Below, in pieces: positions 1 through 8,452 of a stretch of DNA of 16,325 nucleotides. How positions within the stretch are numbered: the first letter of the stretch is position 1; every line of letters starts with the position of its first letter. The DNA lies in IMG/VR virus record IMGVR_UViG_2529292981_000039; one strand, written 5' to 3'. The translations under genes and the position numbers were made by a program. Source of the stretch: a virus. Taxonomy: Duplodnaviria; Heunggongvirae; Uroviricota; Caudoviricetes. The notes beneath the pieces are model-generated. The model searched no databases. It was not told the DNA's origin and saw nothing but the letters and a program-made list of their open reading frames with translations.

Positions 1-1236
1 CTACGATAGCCGCGCATTCAACATGGCTACCTGTTCGTCGTTCATATCATCAATCCACATACCGTAAATTTCATACACCATCTGCGCAGTTTCATGCCCC
101 ATCTGGCTGGCTATAAATGCCGGGTTCGCTCCTGCCGTCAACAGCCAGCAGGCAAAAGTATGCCGCGTATGGTACGGATTACGGCGGCGAATACCAGCAC
201 GTTTTACTGCTGCATTCCACCTTGCCCCCAAACTGCTTACCGAGTAATAAGGTTTCTGTTTTCCGTTACACACCCTGGGCATGAAAACAAAATGCAGTTT
301 TTGCTTTTCGGTTCTGCCGTACTCCCGATGATAAAAGGTGATTTCGCTTTTGCGATGATGCCCGGTCAGTTTGTATTGCACCTTCAGTGCTTCAAGAGCA
401 GGCTGCAGTAATGTTACTGTCCGGATCCCGGCATTTGTTTTTGGGGGACCGAACATATCCAGTATCGTCAGGTTTCTTCTGACATTCACAGTTCCCTTCT
501 CGAAATCCACATCCTCCCACGCCAGAGCTGCCAGTTCCCCGTGACGAAGCCCGGAGTAAACGGCAAATTTCCACAAGTTTTGGCTCTGTCCTTTTTCACT
601 TTCCATTAATGCATTGAATTCTGTTTTAGATAACGGGTCAGGCTTTATTCTGTTTCGCTGTAATTTTTTTACTCCTTCAAATGGTTTGGTTGATATAAAT
701 CCCGACTGATACGCAAAACGTAACAGCGAACAGAGCAGGGCGATATAGTTATCAACTGTGCGCACGGTTCTTCCTTTTTTGTTGGATCTTGGATTATCCA
801 GGTAAAGCGTTTCTCCATGCAGCAGTTCATTCCGGTAGTTTAAGATATCGCTATAACGAATATATGATATCGGGGTACTTTCACAAATTATTATTCTGAG
901 TGTTTTTAATTGTGATTTCGTTTTCTTCATTGTGTTTGTTGTTAACTCTGTCTCTTTAATTTTTGTCCAGATATCACAAAGCTCCCCGAACGTTTTTATG
1001 ACTCTCGTTGTCACCATTTTTGCCCCAGTGCTGGACTGGGGAAAACGTCTTAAATACTCAAATTCACCGGAGTTTATTTCATGAACTATCAGCGCTCTTA
1101 AATTTCCGGCCTTTTTAATATTACTGTTTGTAATCTCCCAGCCTTTTAATGTTTCCCGACATCGTTTTCCTCGAAACATGAACCAGATGCGAATGTTTCT
1201 ACCTCTAATCTCGACACCTGTTGGTAATTTAGACAT
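1..1236 (-). CDS. intR: Tyrosine site-specific integrase (Rac-type IntR-like), 411 aa; stop codon at 1-3
   Basis: Full-length ORF whose translation matches my recollection of the Rac prophage integrase almost throughout, including the C-terminal catalytic region (RHTFACWLL...QMGHETAQMVYEIY). Phage-typical position next to an excisionase. Confidence 0.93.
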   Translation of the reverse strand: MSKLPTGVEIRGRNIRIWFMFRGKRCRETLKGWEITNSNIKKAGNLRALIVHEINSGEFEYLRRFPQSSTGAKMVTTRVIKTFGELCDIWTKIKETELTTNTMKKTKSQLKTLRIIICESTPISYIRYSDILNYRNELLHGETLYLDNPRSNKKGRTVRTVDNYIALLCSLLRFAYQSGFISTKPFEGVKKLQRNRIKPDPLSKTEFNALMESEKGQSQNLWKFAVYSGLRHGELAALAWEDVDFEKGTVNVRRNLTILDMFGPPKTNAGIRTVTLLQPALEALKVQYKLTGHHRKSEITFYHREYGRTEKQKLHFVFMPRVCNGKQKPYYSVSSLGARWNAAVKRAGIRRRNPYHTRHTFACWLLTAGANPAFIASQMGHETAQMVYEIYGMWIDDMNDEQVAMLNARLS

Positions 1237-1237
1237 A

Positions 1238-1453
1238 TCATGAGTCTTTGATAAACTGATTTATCTTTGGATAGTTGTACCAGATAATCCCTCGTTTGCT
1301 GTCTGGCTTACCTAAAGGAGATACTCGTTTGAAGTGGAAGCCCTCCACCCAACAGTTCTGGCGGTATGCTTCAATTTGTCTGGCCCCCAGACCAGTGCGA
1401 AGCATCAGGCCGTATTCAACCATCCACTCTTCATTAAAGATTACTTGTGCCAT
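1238..1453 (-). CDS. xisR: Excisionase-like small DNA-binding protein, 71 aa from the internal Met ([10 protein letters not shown]...)
   Basis: Small ORF immediately upstream of and co-oriented with int; the sequence recalls Rac XisR/YdaQ. Start chosen at the second Met; the track ORF extends to 1477. Confidence 0.7.
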   Translation of the reverse strand: MAQVIFNEEWMVEYGLMLRTGLGARQIEAYRQNCWVEGFHFKRVSPLGKPDSKRGIIWYNYPKINQFIKDS

Positions 1454-1552
1454 CGCATCACCTCTGGCAGGCGCCAATGTTAGACTGAAATTGACGCCTG
1501 ATGTTGATTATTAATAATCAGCTATGAAGTTTTAATTTGTATATAATGCAAC

Positions 1553-1741
1553 TCACGAGGACAGAAGTTTCTCGCAATTAAAATTTATCAGCTTTACTTT
1601 CTGCTCTCTGGACACGCCTGCTTCTTTTTTCCCTGAGAGCATTTTTTCGCATTCTGATTTCGTTAATTTAGATTTTGAATATCTTGTCCAGTTAGTAGGA
1701 GTGCCACCTTCTTTTTCAATAGTGGCAGTTATTTTATACAT
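1553..1741 (-). CDS. ydaC: YdaC/RcbA-like small protein, 62 aa from MYKITATIEKEGG...
   Basis: Translation resembles Rac YdaC (DUF1187) as I recall it; sits between xis and ralR as in Rac. Its start overlaps the ralR stop region. Confidence 0.65.
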   Translation of the reverse strand: MYKITATIEKEGGTPTNWTRYSKSKLTKSECEKMLSGKKEAGVSREQKVKLINFNCEKLLSS

Positions 1742-1928
1742 GAACACCTCCATTATTATTTCCAGTAGTTCGTTTATTCCATCTTTCGAGTGCTTCTTTT
1801 TCACTTCCACCATAGCCAGTTCGGGATTCGCATCCGTTGCATTTTGCCCGGTAATATCCTGAAATTGCTTTCACCGTAACAGATGGACAACCACAAAACG
1901 GACATGGTTTAACATCGTCATATCTCAT
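1734..1928 (-). CDS. ralR: RalR/Lar restriction-alleviation protein and type I toxin, 64 aa from MRYDDVKPCPFCG...; an in-frame alternative start (MTKIM) lies at 1940
   Basis: The CPFCG...C..C four-Cys motif and the C-terminus (EALERWNKRTTGNNNGGVHV) match Rac Lar/RalR as I recall it; located directly downstream of recT as in Rac. Confidence 0.85.
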   Translation of the reverse strand: MRYDDVKPCPFCGCPSVTVKAISGYYRAKCNGCESRTGYGGSEKEALERWNKRTTGNNNGGVHV

Positions 1929-1984
1929 AATTTTTGTCATAAAAACTGTCTCGCGTTGGCGGTGCATTACACCGCCAGGCTGAA

Positions 1985-2794
1985 TTATTCTTCTGAATTA
2001 TCGATCACACTGTATTCCCCGGTTAATACAGAGGAGTCTGCCGGATCGATTGTCAGTGGTTCCTTTTCATCCATTGATACTGCACGCTGGATTTCAATTG
2101 AGACAGGCAGGTATTTAAACAGGCGACGAATAGCCGTTTTTTTTGCCATTTCTTCCCAGTGAGTTACCCATGGCCCGTTATTACCAGCCTTACTCTGGCT
2201 GCGCACCAGTTCAATCTGTTTGCGCGTCATAACTTCAAACTGAGTCCCTCCGTCTTTCAGTCTTGCGACAGCATAGACGTGGGTAACCGGGGCATCTTCG
2301 TTTTCTCCCGGGCGGTGTATTAACTTTTCATCAAGGCCAAATTCGAAGCTAAACTCGTCACCTTCACGGACAACACGGGCTGACAGGCTGGCGATTTGAC
2401 CAGAACGGCGAGCCAGATCAATCATGCCGCGATAGCCAATGATTAGCTGAACGTTTTTTTTACCGCTCTTTTCGTTTTTATTACCAAAAGGCAGTAAATA
2501 TGCATGACCGAGAGCGCTACCGGGCTCAAGCCCGAGCTGTGAACACTGTACGATTGCACTGACAAAACTCATAGTGTCACAGTTTCCTAACGCCGGAACT
2601 TTACGAATTTCTGTGGTGGCGATACGGATCATACGTTCAGCCGTCATATGGCGTGGAAGAGCTGCTGCCAGTTGCTCTTTCATTGATGGCTGGTTAATAA
2701 AACTAATCACGTCGTTATTTTTAATTGCTGCTGGTGCACGGTTTCCCTGAGTTTTTTGCAGATCGGCTTTTGCGATTGGTGGTTGCTTAGTCAT
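1985..2794 (-). CDS. recT: RecT single-strand annealing recombinase, 269 aa from [13 protein letters not shown]...
   Basis: Near-identical to Rac RecT along its length as I recall it; overlaps the recE stop by 8 nt (operon coupling). Confidence 0.95.
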   Translation of the reverse strand: MTKQPPIAKADLQKTQGNRAPAAIKNNDVISFINQPSMKEQLAAALPRHMTAERMIRIATTEIRKVPALGNCDTMSFVSAIVQCSQLGLEPGSALGHAYLLPFGNKNEKSGKKNVQLIIGYRGMIDLARRSGQIASLSARVVREGDEFSFEFGLDEKLIHRPGENEDAPVTHVYAVARLKDGGTQFEVMTRKQIELVRSQSKAGNNGPWVTHWEEMAKKTAIRRLFKYLPVSIEIQRAVSMDEKEPLTIDPADSSVLTGEYSVIDNSEE

Positions 2795-5456
2795 TTGCAT
2801 ATTCCTTAGCCCAGCGGGGCAGTGATAACGTCTTAATAGCTGGCCATTCATTGGTATTGAGGCAGTCAGCCAGGGTTCGCAGATTGCGGTGATATTCCAG
2901 CTGACCTGCCAGTTTTGCTTCTTCGCCCATCATGAAAATTTCAACCGGATAACGTCCGCATTCAATAGTTGTGCTGGCAACCAGAAAAACGAAAGTTGGC
3001 TGCACTCCAAACTGTGCTTCATAACCGTCACTGTAGAATGCATCCTGAACGTGATAGCGGTAGTCGTAATAAGCGGTTTTGAATCGTTGAATATCCGCCG
3101 TAGTTTTCACGTCCATGATCCAGTGAAATTCAGGGATAATTTTGTCCGGACGGCACCGACACAAAATTCCTGTTTCAGGATCTTCCCAGTAAATTGATGA
3201 TTCAGCGTGTCCGGCGCTTTCAACAAGCCATTGCCCCAGCGGCAAAGCCATAACGCTTTGATACATGAGTTCAATTTTCAGACCTTCTTCCGCAGTGATA
3301 ACCGTTTTTCCTGTGCTTGCGCATTCCATCAGAAACGCTTTCTCTTCTTCTTTTCCGGCGTTTGTACGGCGGTTAAATTCAGGTGCTACGATAAAGCGGT
3401 TACTGAATTCTTCCGGTTCAAGTACCCGGCAGTGGAAAGCGGTTCCTAAATCGAGCGTTTTTGTCTTTGTGTTGTCCACGGGGGCATTTTTACGCCACAA
3501 ATACAGTGCCGGAGTATCAGCAATGTCATCGAGCTGAGACTTACTGACACCGGGACCTACGTGGTAATTCTCATTCGAAATTCCGTAATAAATACCTGGC
3601 TCTATGTCTTCTACGATTACGGGATCTGCGACTTCGCCAGTTTCATCACTGCAATCGCGATGCGGATCGCTGCCAGCATTCTCATTGTGCGGATGTTCAG
3701 CGCCTTCCATTTCCTCCGGATCATTTTCCTTAGCTTCAACCTGATTCTCTTCATCGAATGTTTCCTGGTATGTTGCGTCGCCCATCACCGCGCCACAATC
3801 AGGGCAGTTGCCGCCACTCCTCTGGCCGCAGGCGGTGCAGATCTTTTCCGGTTCCTGTTGCACTACTGGTTCAGGTTGTTTCGTTTCTGGCTCGTTTTGT
3901 TGCGTATTTGGGCTGTTCTGTTCCGCTTTCTGGTCGTTCTGTTCCGTTTCTGGCTGATTCTGGTACACAGAATCGCGGGTCTGGATCCCCTTAATCCATT
4001 TCGGATCATTCGGGTCGCTAATCCCTTCAACAAATTCTCCGCGAGAGGCAGCCAGCAATTTGTCGGCATCGACAGGATTTTTGGGCGGAATGGTTTTCCG
4101 GGCTTCATGGAGTTCTGCCCGCAGTTTCTGATATTTCGCATCAACAGAATTTACCTGTGACTGAGCATCCAGCGGCTGCGTGTCCTGATGATGTTCAGTT
4201 GCATCCGGTTCCACTGTTTCAGCCGTTGCCTGTTTATCTGCCATTGCGCAAGATGGTTGCGGTTTTTCTTCACCATCGTGTTTTCCTTCTTCTGTTACAC
4301 GCTGCGGCATCGGGGCAGAGGAACGACCGCAGGCAATATCCACGATTTCCGGATCAGGGTTGGCATGATCGGTTTCAATCAGCACCTTGTTCAGATATTC
4401 AGTGACATGCGCAGGGATAACCTCGATCCCAATTGGTGCTTCTTTTACGGACGCAACCACGATGGCGCGGGAATAATCCAGCCCGCCAGGCATGGTGATG
4501 AATTTGTCGCGGAAAACAGAAAAGGGCGGTTTATTTTCAGCGATAATTTCCTCGACACGTTTAGCGTGTGCCGGATGAAGGTTATAAATATCCACATCCA
4601 TTGAACGGGCCAGAACGCCGGTGGCTACATCTCGTGCGAGTGATGTCTTATCATGTTTGAATCCTTCACCACGATCGGTAATATTTCCGCCGCCAGCGTT
4701 AGCGCCGGATGGCGTGCGGCTGATGCGTGAAACACGATTTCCTTTCATCCACTCTTTTGTAAGCAGACCGCGATCGGTGTAGTCAGCGCCCAGGTATGCT
4801 TCGATAAAAGAGGTCATCAGTCCCAGGTCCGAATTTACGGGGGCGGGGAAAACTTTGTCAGTGTCTCGCACCAGTTTGTACAAATCCCGAATCTCCAGCG
4901 GTTCGAGTTGCACTGCTTTATTTGAGATGGCCAGCGCGGTAACGGCGGGAAGTTTTTCATCCTGTGCGTTATGTAATGCGCGCAGTTTGTCCAGTGAAAC
5001 GTGCGTGAGCGGTTTTTCGCTGTTGTGTTGCGCCAGCCAGCGAACAGGCAGAATCTGACCTGAAACCGGAAGAAGCATATTCTCCTCAATCTTAGCCATG
5101 TCTTCGCCGTTGACGTTGGTATTGTCAGTACTGGCTGGTTTGTCCGGAACAGAGGGCGCGATAAGTATCATTGTGATACCATCTTCTCCGCCTTTTTCGT
5201 ATCGGTTGCAGAATTCAGTATCAAACACACCTTCCGGTGGAAGGTCATTCACAACGGGTAAATGGACGCGGATGGGTTTTTTAAAATCCTCTTCGTCAAA
5301 TCCGGCATCGTCCATTGCAGCAATGCAGCGTGAAACCGCAACAGAAAGTTTTTTTGCCTCTGTCCAGAAAAAGCCGCCTTTGATGCCGAGGCGTTTTCTG
5401 GTTTTATCATTTTTCGCGTCGCAATACAGAGCGTAATTTTCTTTATCAGTACTCAT
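2787..5456 (-). CDS. recE: RecE exonuclease VIII, 889 aa, with a divergent N-terminus and a low-complexity Q/E/P/N linker
   Basis: The central and C-terminal parts match K-12 RecE as I recall it (e.g. [51 protein letters not shown]); the C-terminal nuclease domain is present. Confidence 0.93.
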   Translation of the reverse strand: MSTDKENYALYCDAKNDKTRKRLGIKGGFFWTEAKKLSVAVSRCIAAMDDAGFDEEDFKKPIRVHLPVVNDLPPEGVFDTEFCNRYEKGGEDGITMILIAPSVPDKPASTDNTNVNGEDMAKIEENMLLPVSGQILPVRWLAQHNSEKPLTHVSLDKLRALHNAQDEKLPAVTALAISNKAVQLEPLEIRDLYKLVRDTDKVFPAPVNSDLGLMTSFIEAYLGADYTDRGLLTKEWMKGNRVSRISRTPSGANAGGGNITDRGEGFKHDKTSLARDVATGVLARSMDVDIYNLHPAHAKRVEEIIAENKPPFSVFRDKFITMPGGLDYSRAIVVASVKEAPIGIEVIPAHVTEYLNKVLIETDHANPDPEIVDIACGRSSAPMPQRVTEEGKHDGEEKPQPSCAMADKQATAETVEPDATEHHQDTQPLDAQSQVNSVDAKYQKLRAELHEARKTIPPKNPVDADKLLAASRGEFVEGISDPNDPKWIKGIQTRDSVYQNQPETEQNDQKAEQNSPNTQQNEPETKQPEPVVQQEPEKICTACGQRSGGNCPDCGAVMGDATYQETFDEENQVEAKENDPEEMEGAEHPHNENAGSDPHRDCSDETGEVADPVIVEDIEPGIYYGISNENYHVGPGVSKSQLDDIADTPALYLWRKNAPVDNTKTKTLDLGTAFHCRVLEPEEFSNRFIVAPEFNRRTNAGKEEEKAFLMECASTGKTVITAEEGLKIELMYQSVMALPLGQWLVESAGHAESSIYWEDPETGILCRCRPDKIIPEFHWIMDVKTTADIQRFKTAYYDYRYHVQDAFYSDGYEAQFGVQPTFVFLVASTTIECGRYPVEIFMMGEEAKLAGQLEYHRNLRTLADCLNTNEWPAIKTLSLPRWAKEYAND

Positions 5457-5536
5457 TGATAAACCTCATAACTATTTTAAGGTTGAGCGAACCCCTGCCA
5501 TTGCTGGCATAAATTCAGTTTCGAATAGTCAGTTAG

Positions 5537-5707
5537 TTAAAGTTCGTGTGCCATCTGGTCTTTTTCGGCACAATTTTCACTACAATATTTTTTCATTTCC
5601 GTCGTTGGGATAACTCCACGCATGAAATGAAGTGGTCTTTTAATACTTTTGCTTTCTTCAATTCCTTTATTGCAAAGGTGGTAAGCACATTTTATTTTCT
5701 TAGTCAT
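5537..5707 (-). CDS. ydaE: YdaE-like small Cys-rich (probably metal-binding) protein, 56 aa ([12 protein letters not shown]...YCSENCAEKDQMAHEL); not in the supplied ORF track because it is under 60 aa
   Basis: Found by translating the minus strand myself. Four Cys in two pairs; the start overlaps the racC stop. Resembles Rac YdaE as I recall it. Confidence 0.6.
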   Translation of the reverse strand: MTKKIKCAYHLCNKGIEESKSIKRPLHFMRGVIPTTEMKKYCSENCAEKDQMAHEL

Positions 5708-5928
5708 CACCATGACTCCGCCTTTACAGGTAAACCATCACGACCGAGGAAGACTTTAATCATGCAGTCAGAAATGCATGTTTTTGTAGTCAGGCTACGA
5801 ATATAAAGTTTTCGCTTTTTAATATTGTTTGCCGAGGCGATATATGTCCGACCTTCATGAAGAACATAATCGCCAGGAGTCACACACTGACGTGGTATTT
5901 CATCAGTTCCGAAGTGATGAGCAATCAT
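5707..5928 (-). CDS. racC: RacC-like protein, 73 aa
   Basis: [29 protein letters not shown]... resembles Rac RacC; lies between recE and ydaE as in Rac. It is shorter than the 91 aa I remember for K-12 RacC, so the C-terminus may differ. Confidence 0.6.
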   Translation of the reverse strand: MIAHHFGTDEIPRQCVTPGDYVLHEGRTYIASANNIKKRKLYIRSLTTKTCISDCMIKVFLGRDGLPVKAESW

Positions 5929-5974
5929 AATTATCTCCTTAATAAATTTCTCGTATTAAGAAAATTCCAGAAAA

Positions 5975-6529
5975 CTATTTAATACTCAGCAACTGCTCGA
6001 CGGTCATATTTTTAATTGCGCTTCGGTTTACAAGAGTCCAGCCCTGTTTCTCCAGATAAAGGCGGAAAGTGTCCAGGGTACAGACGAGAGCGCCATCAGG
6101 AACGGTTTCAGTGAATTCGACGTTGCCGAATTTGTCGAAGCGAACAACCAGAGTGCGCCCATCGCCCGGAATGATTTTGTTTGTGGGAGTGGTATTATTC
6201 TGGCGTAGCTCTGCTTCCATGCGGTCGAACTCAGCGATGTAGGCCTCTTTGAATGCAGCGGCTTTTTTGCCAGTGAAACCCATCACCAGGAAAACGAAGC
6301 CGTTTTTGGTGATTTGGTACATTGGGAGTTTGCGCCCGGTTGAGTCGGTGTATTCACTTGGCTTAAAATTAAGCTCAGTGAATTCTGAGGAACATTCCAG
6401 AGCTTCAATTTTTTGAATGACGTTTTTATGCAGCTTGCGGAAAAACTCTGCAACTGCAACAGACGTAGTGACAGCACGACCATTTTCGATGGTTACGTCA
6501 GGGTGAGAAAGGGTAGGGATAGTAGCCAT
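5975..6529 (-). CDS. Rha-family phage regulatory protein (antirepressor-like), 184 aa from MATIPTLSHPDVTIENGRAVTTS...
   Basis: The N-terminal region has the Phage_pRha signature (GRAVTTSVAVAEFF.K.H.NV...GFVFLVMGFTGKKAAAFKEAYI..F..ME). The track ORF extends in frame to 6823, but that extension is G/P/S/T/R-rich and contains a terminator-like hairpin, so I call the start at 6529. Confidence 0.7.
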   Translation of the reverse strand: MATIPTLSHPDVTIENGRAVTTSVAVAEFFRKLHKNVIQKIEALECSSEFTELNFKPSEYTDSTGRKLPMYQITKNGFVFLVMGFTGKKAAAFKEAYIAEFDRMEAELRQNNTTPTNKIIPGDGRTLVVRFDKFGNVEFTETVPDGALVCTLDTFRLYLEKQGWTLVNRSAIKNMTVEQLLSIK

Positions 6530-6703
6530 GATGGCAGCCTCTAGTGATAAGTTGGTAAACTCACCACCGGAGGTGCAAATCTCATGGGTGGTGAGACGTA
6601 CAGGGTTTGCACTACCGGTCACTAGAGAATCCGGCCCGCCCGAAAACGGCCCCATACGCCCCACCATAATCTGAATGTGGCTGCGCTTTACGCATAAAAA
6701 AAC

Positions 6704-6726
6704 CGCTTTGGCGCGGTTATGCGCTC
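6704..6726 (-). terminator. Candidate Rho-independent terminator on the minus strand (aaccgc-gccaaa-gcggtt followed by T7)
   Basis: 6-bp GC-rich stem, 6-nt loop and a run of seven T on the minus strand, read directly from the sequence. Confidence 0.5.
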
Positions 6727-7234
6727 TAGTGATCATCGGGGTGCAAATCCCGGCACCCGTTTTATGAGGTGCAGGTGCACTATAATTCCACCCGTTCTGG
6801 TTTTCAATAGCTACATCCAACATTTTCTCTCACCTTTCATCACTGAAGTGAACTTTGTTGATGCGGTGCCTGGTGCCTCCAGGTGACGTTAACCAGTTAA
6901 CAATTAACGCCGGATAATCCACCCATAACACTGATGCTTTTAACTGTGCCGCGTGCGCTCAGCCGCATTCACCGCATCACAAAATTCACTTTAAAAAGGG
7001 GCGGCAGGGCAGCCACGGAGTAGAACTGATGCCGCCAAGACTACACACAGCAATGTCGTTATTTACAACCGGAGGCGCACTCCCACCATTTAAATTTAAC
7101 AGACAAGACCGACTCTTTATGGATATCGGAAATGCGCCTTCGTGTTGTGCCCGGTTTTATTTCACCACCTCCGGGCTTTGGTGGCCTCGGCTATACCCCT
7201 ACAGCAAGAATATTGAATTAATCCAATAAATGGT

Positions 7235-7387
7235 TTAGCTGGTATTTTTGGCAAGCCAGCGACGTGCGCCAGCTTCGGTTTTAAACGATTTGCTTTTGGT
7301 ATACGTCATGGCGGTGAATGTGCCGTCCTGATTGGGAAACACGCCACATACCAGAGATTCGTTGTTGCCAAGATCGATAGTATCCAT
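7235..7387 (-). CDS. Small lambdoid early-left protein, 50 aa from MDTIDLGNNESL..., possibly YdaF/YdfA-like (DUF1391)
   Basis: GAGG lies 7 nt upstream of the ATG, and the gene sits downstream of the pL-like promoter. The family assignment is from memory and uncertain. Confidence 0.45.
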   Translation of the reverse strand: MDTIDLGNNESLVCGVFPNQDGTFTAMTYTKSKSFKTEAGARRWLAKNTS

Positions 7388-7567
7388 GTTGACCTCATTT
7401 CCCCTTAACGCCGGGTGGCGGAACGTTTTATCTACTGCGCTTTGTATCAATCAACAACTGCCGTCATGTTCGTATGCCTCAGGCTGGCTACTTAGCCCTG
7501 TTCAGTGGCTGGATAACTCGAGGTATTGTCCTGCCGTTCTCTGGTGGGGCGTTGTTTGGATATGCTT

Positions 7568-7609
7568 ATTAAACACAATGCGTTTTCTTGTGTCAACACG
7601 AAATGTGTT
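7568..7609 (-). promoter_or_regulatory. pL-like sigma70 promoter on the minus strand (-35 TTGACA at 7591-7596, 17-bp spacer, -10 TTTAAT at 7568-7573) with operator palindrome AACACgaaatGTGTT (7595-7609) overlapping the -35
   Basis: Motifs read directly from the sequence; the same AACAC-N5-GTGTT palindrome recurs at 8171-8185 in the cI/cro intergenic region. Confidence 0.55.
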
Positions 7610-7638
7610 TTGTGGTGGGTGTCATATGATGATGGTAC

Positions 7639-7663
7639 AAAAAAAGCCCGCTGATAGCGGGCT
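7639..7663 (-). terminator. Rho-independent terminator downstream of the repressor gene (gcccgc-tgata-gcgggc followed by T7 on the minus strand)
   Basis: Perfect 6-bp GC stem plus T-run on the minus strand, about 30 bp after the repressor stop. Confidence 0.65.
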
Positions 7664-7693
7664 GATTGGCATATTACTGTGATAGCAAGATCA

Positions 7694-8113
7694 TTACTCC
7701 GGTGGGGGATTATCTTTAAGCCTGCCTCTCAAATATTTTTCTACATACTCATCGATTTCTTTTAGCCGGACTTCAAATAGCTCAATCATTCGTTGTTGTT
7801 CTGAGCCCGGTAGCTGGTTAAACAACTCAAGAAGTTTTCGTTGGGATTCATTTAACCACAATTCAGAAGATTCCTGTTCTCCAAAGAGGAGCTCAGGAGG
7901 AGATATGCCAAGTGCCTTTCCCAATACGACAGCGTCATGCACTCCAACATTTCTGCTACCCGCCTCATAGTTACCTATACGCGATTGCGTCCATCCGCAG
8001 ATTTCAGCAAGTTTTCCTTGAGATAAACCAAGCTTCTGCCTGCGCTCTTTAAGACGCATTGCAATTTTGTCATTGAGCCTACTAGCGGCAATTTTTTCGT
8101 TTTCTTTTTCCAT
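7694..8113 (-). CDS. Prophage immunity repressor (CI-like, XRE-family HTH), 139 aa, with no LexA/S24 autopeptidase domain
   Basis: HTH motif (LGLSQGKLAEICGWTQSRIGNYEAG) near the N-terminus; divergent from a cro-like gene; too short, and without a Ser/Lys dyad region, to be a self-cleaving repressor. Confidence 0.85.
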   Translation of the reverse strand: MEKENEKIAASRLNDKIAMRLKERRQKLGLSQGKLAEICGWTQSRIGNYEAGSRNVGVHDAVVLGKALGISPPELLFGEQESSELWLNESQRKLLELFNQLPGSEQQRMIELFEVRLKEIDEYVEKYLRGRLKDNPPPE

Positions 8114-8209
8114 TGCATCCTTGTATCACGAATCGTGATTTACACAAAACACAAAACAGCTTGACCATATAACACAAGATGTGTTTAAAATTGTCATCGG
8201 AGGTTTTCA
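8114..8209. promoter_or_regulatory. Divergent repressor/cro promoter-operator region: perfect 15-bp palindrome ATCACGAATCGTGAT (8125-8139), palindrome AACACaagatGTGTT (8171-8185), candidate rightward -35 TTGACC (8161-8166)
   Basis: Palindromes read directly from the sequence. GGAGG at 8199-8203 precedes the cro ATG at 8210. Confidence 0.6.
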
Positions 8210-8452
8210 ATGAACAAAATTTCAACATATCGAAAACAGCTTGGGCTGTCTCAAAGACAACTTGCTGTTCAGTTAGGGTGGATACAAAGCCGACTGGCAA
8301 ATTACGAAGCAAATTTTCGTACCCCTGGACTAGAGGAGTGCAGAAAAATTGTTTCTACCCTTAATCGGCTTGGCGCTCATTGTGGACTTGACGATGTATT
8401 CCCCCCAGACGGTAAGCATAGCGAAAACAGCATAGGAGCGGTTGATTCATGA
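8210..8452 (+). CDS. Cro-like HTH regulator (YdaS-like), 80 aa
   Basis: HTH (LGLSQRQLAVQLGWIQSRLANYE); good RBS; first gene of the rightward operon, opposite the repressor. Confidence 0.8.
   Translation: MNKISTYRKQLGLSQRQLAVQLGWIQSRLANYEANFRTPGLEECRKIVSTLNRLGAHCGLDDVFPPDGKHSENSIGAVDS

Noticed and set aside
94-574. Track ORFs 94-411 (+) and 392-574 (-) inside or antisense to the integrase gene
   Set aside because: They lie entirely within the well-supported integrase CDS and their translations are Cys/Arg-rich with no start context; antisense and shadow ORFs.
1275-1514. Track ORF 1275-1514 (+) overlapping the excisionase gene
   Set aside because: Antisense to xis, no RBS, low-complexity translation.
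2889-5436. Numerous plus-strand track ORFs (e.g. 3561-4160, 4188-4604, 5098-5436) antisense to recE
   Set aside because: All lie inside the long, conserved recE reading frame on the opposite strand; their translations are hydrophobic or low-complexity shadow ORFs.
6572-6758. Two copies of GGTGCAAATC(C) resembling a tRNA T-arm (GGTTCRAATCC)
   Set aside because: Position 55 is G rather than T, the flanking stems pair poorly, and no acceptor stem, anticodon arm or CCA-compatible 3' end is found, so no tRNA or tmRNA is called.
6530-6823. In-frame N-terminal extension of the Rha ORF (track ORF 5975-6823, 282 aa)
   Set aside because: The extension is G/P/S/T/R-rich, contains a terminator-like hairpin with a T-run, and the Rha domain begins at the internal Met, so the start is placed at 6529.
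7029-7682. Track ORFs 7029-7229 (+) and 7332-7682 (+) in the early-left intergenic region
   Set aside because: No RBS; translations are Trp/Cys/Pro-rich and overlap the better-supported minus-strand small gene and promoter/terminator elements.
8043-8051. CGCTCTTTA on the plus strand, identical to the lambda boxA consensus
   Set aside because: It lies inside the repressor coding region, upstream of the rightward promoter and not on any predicted early transcript; probably coincidental.
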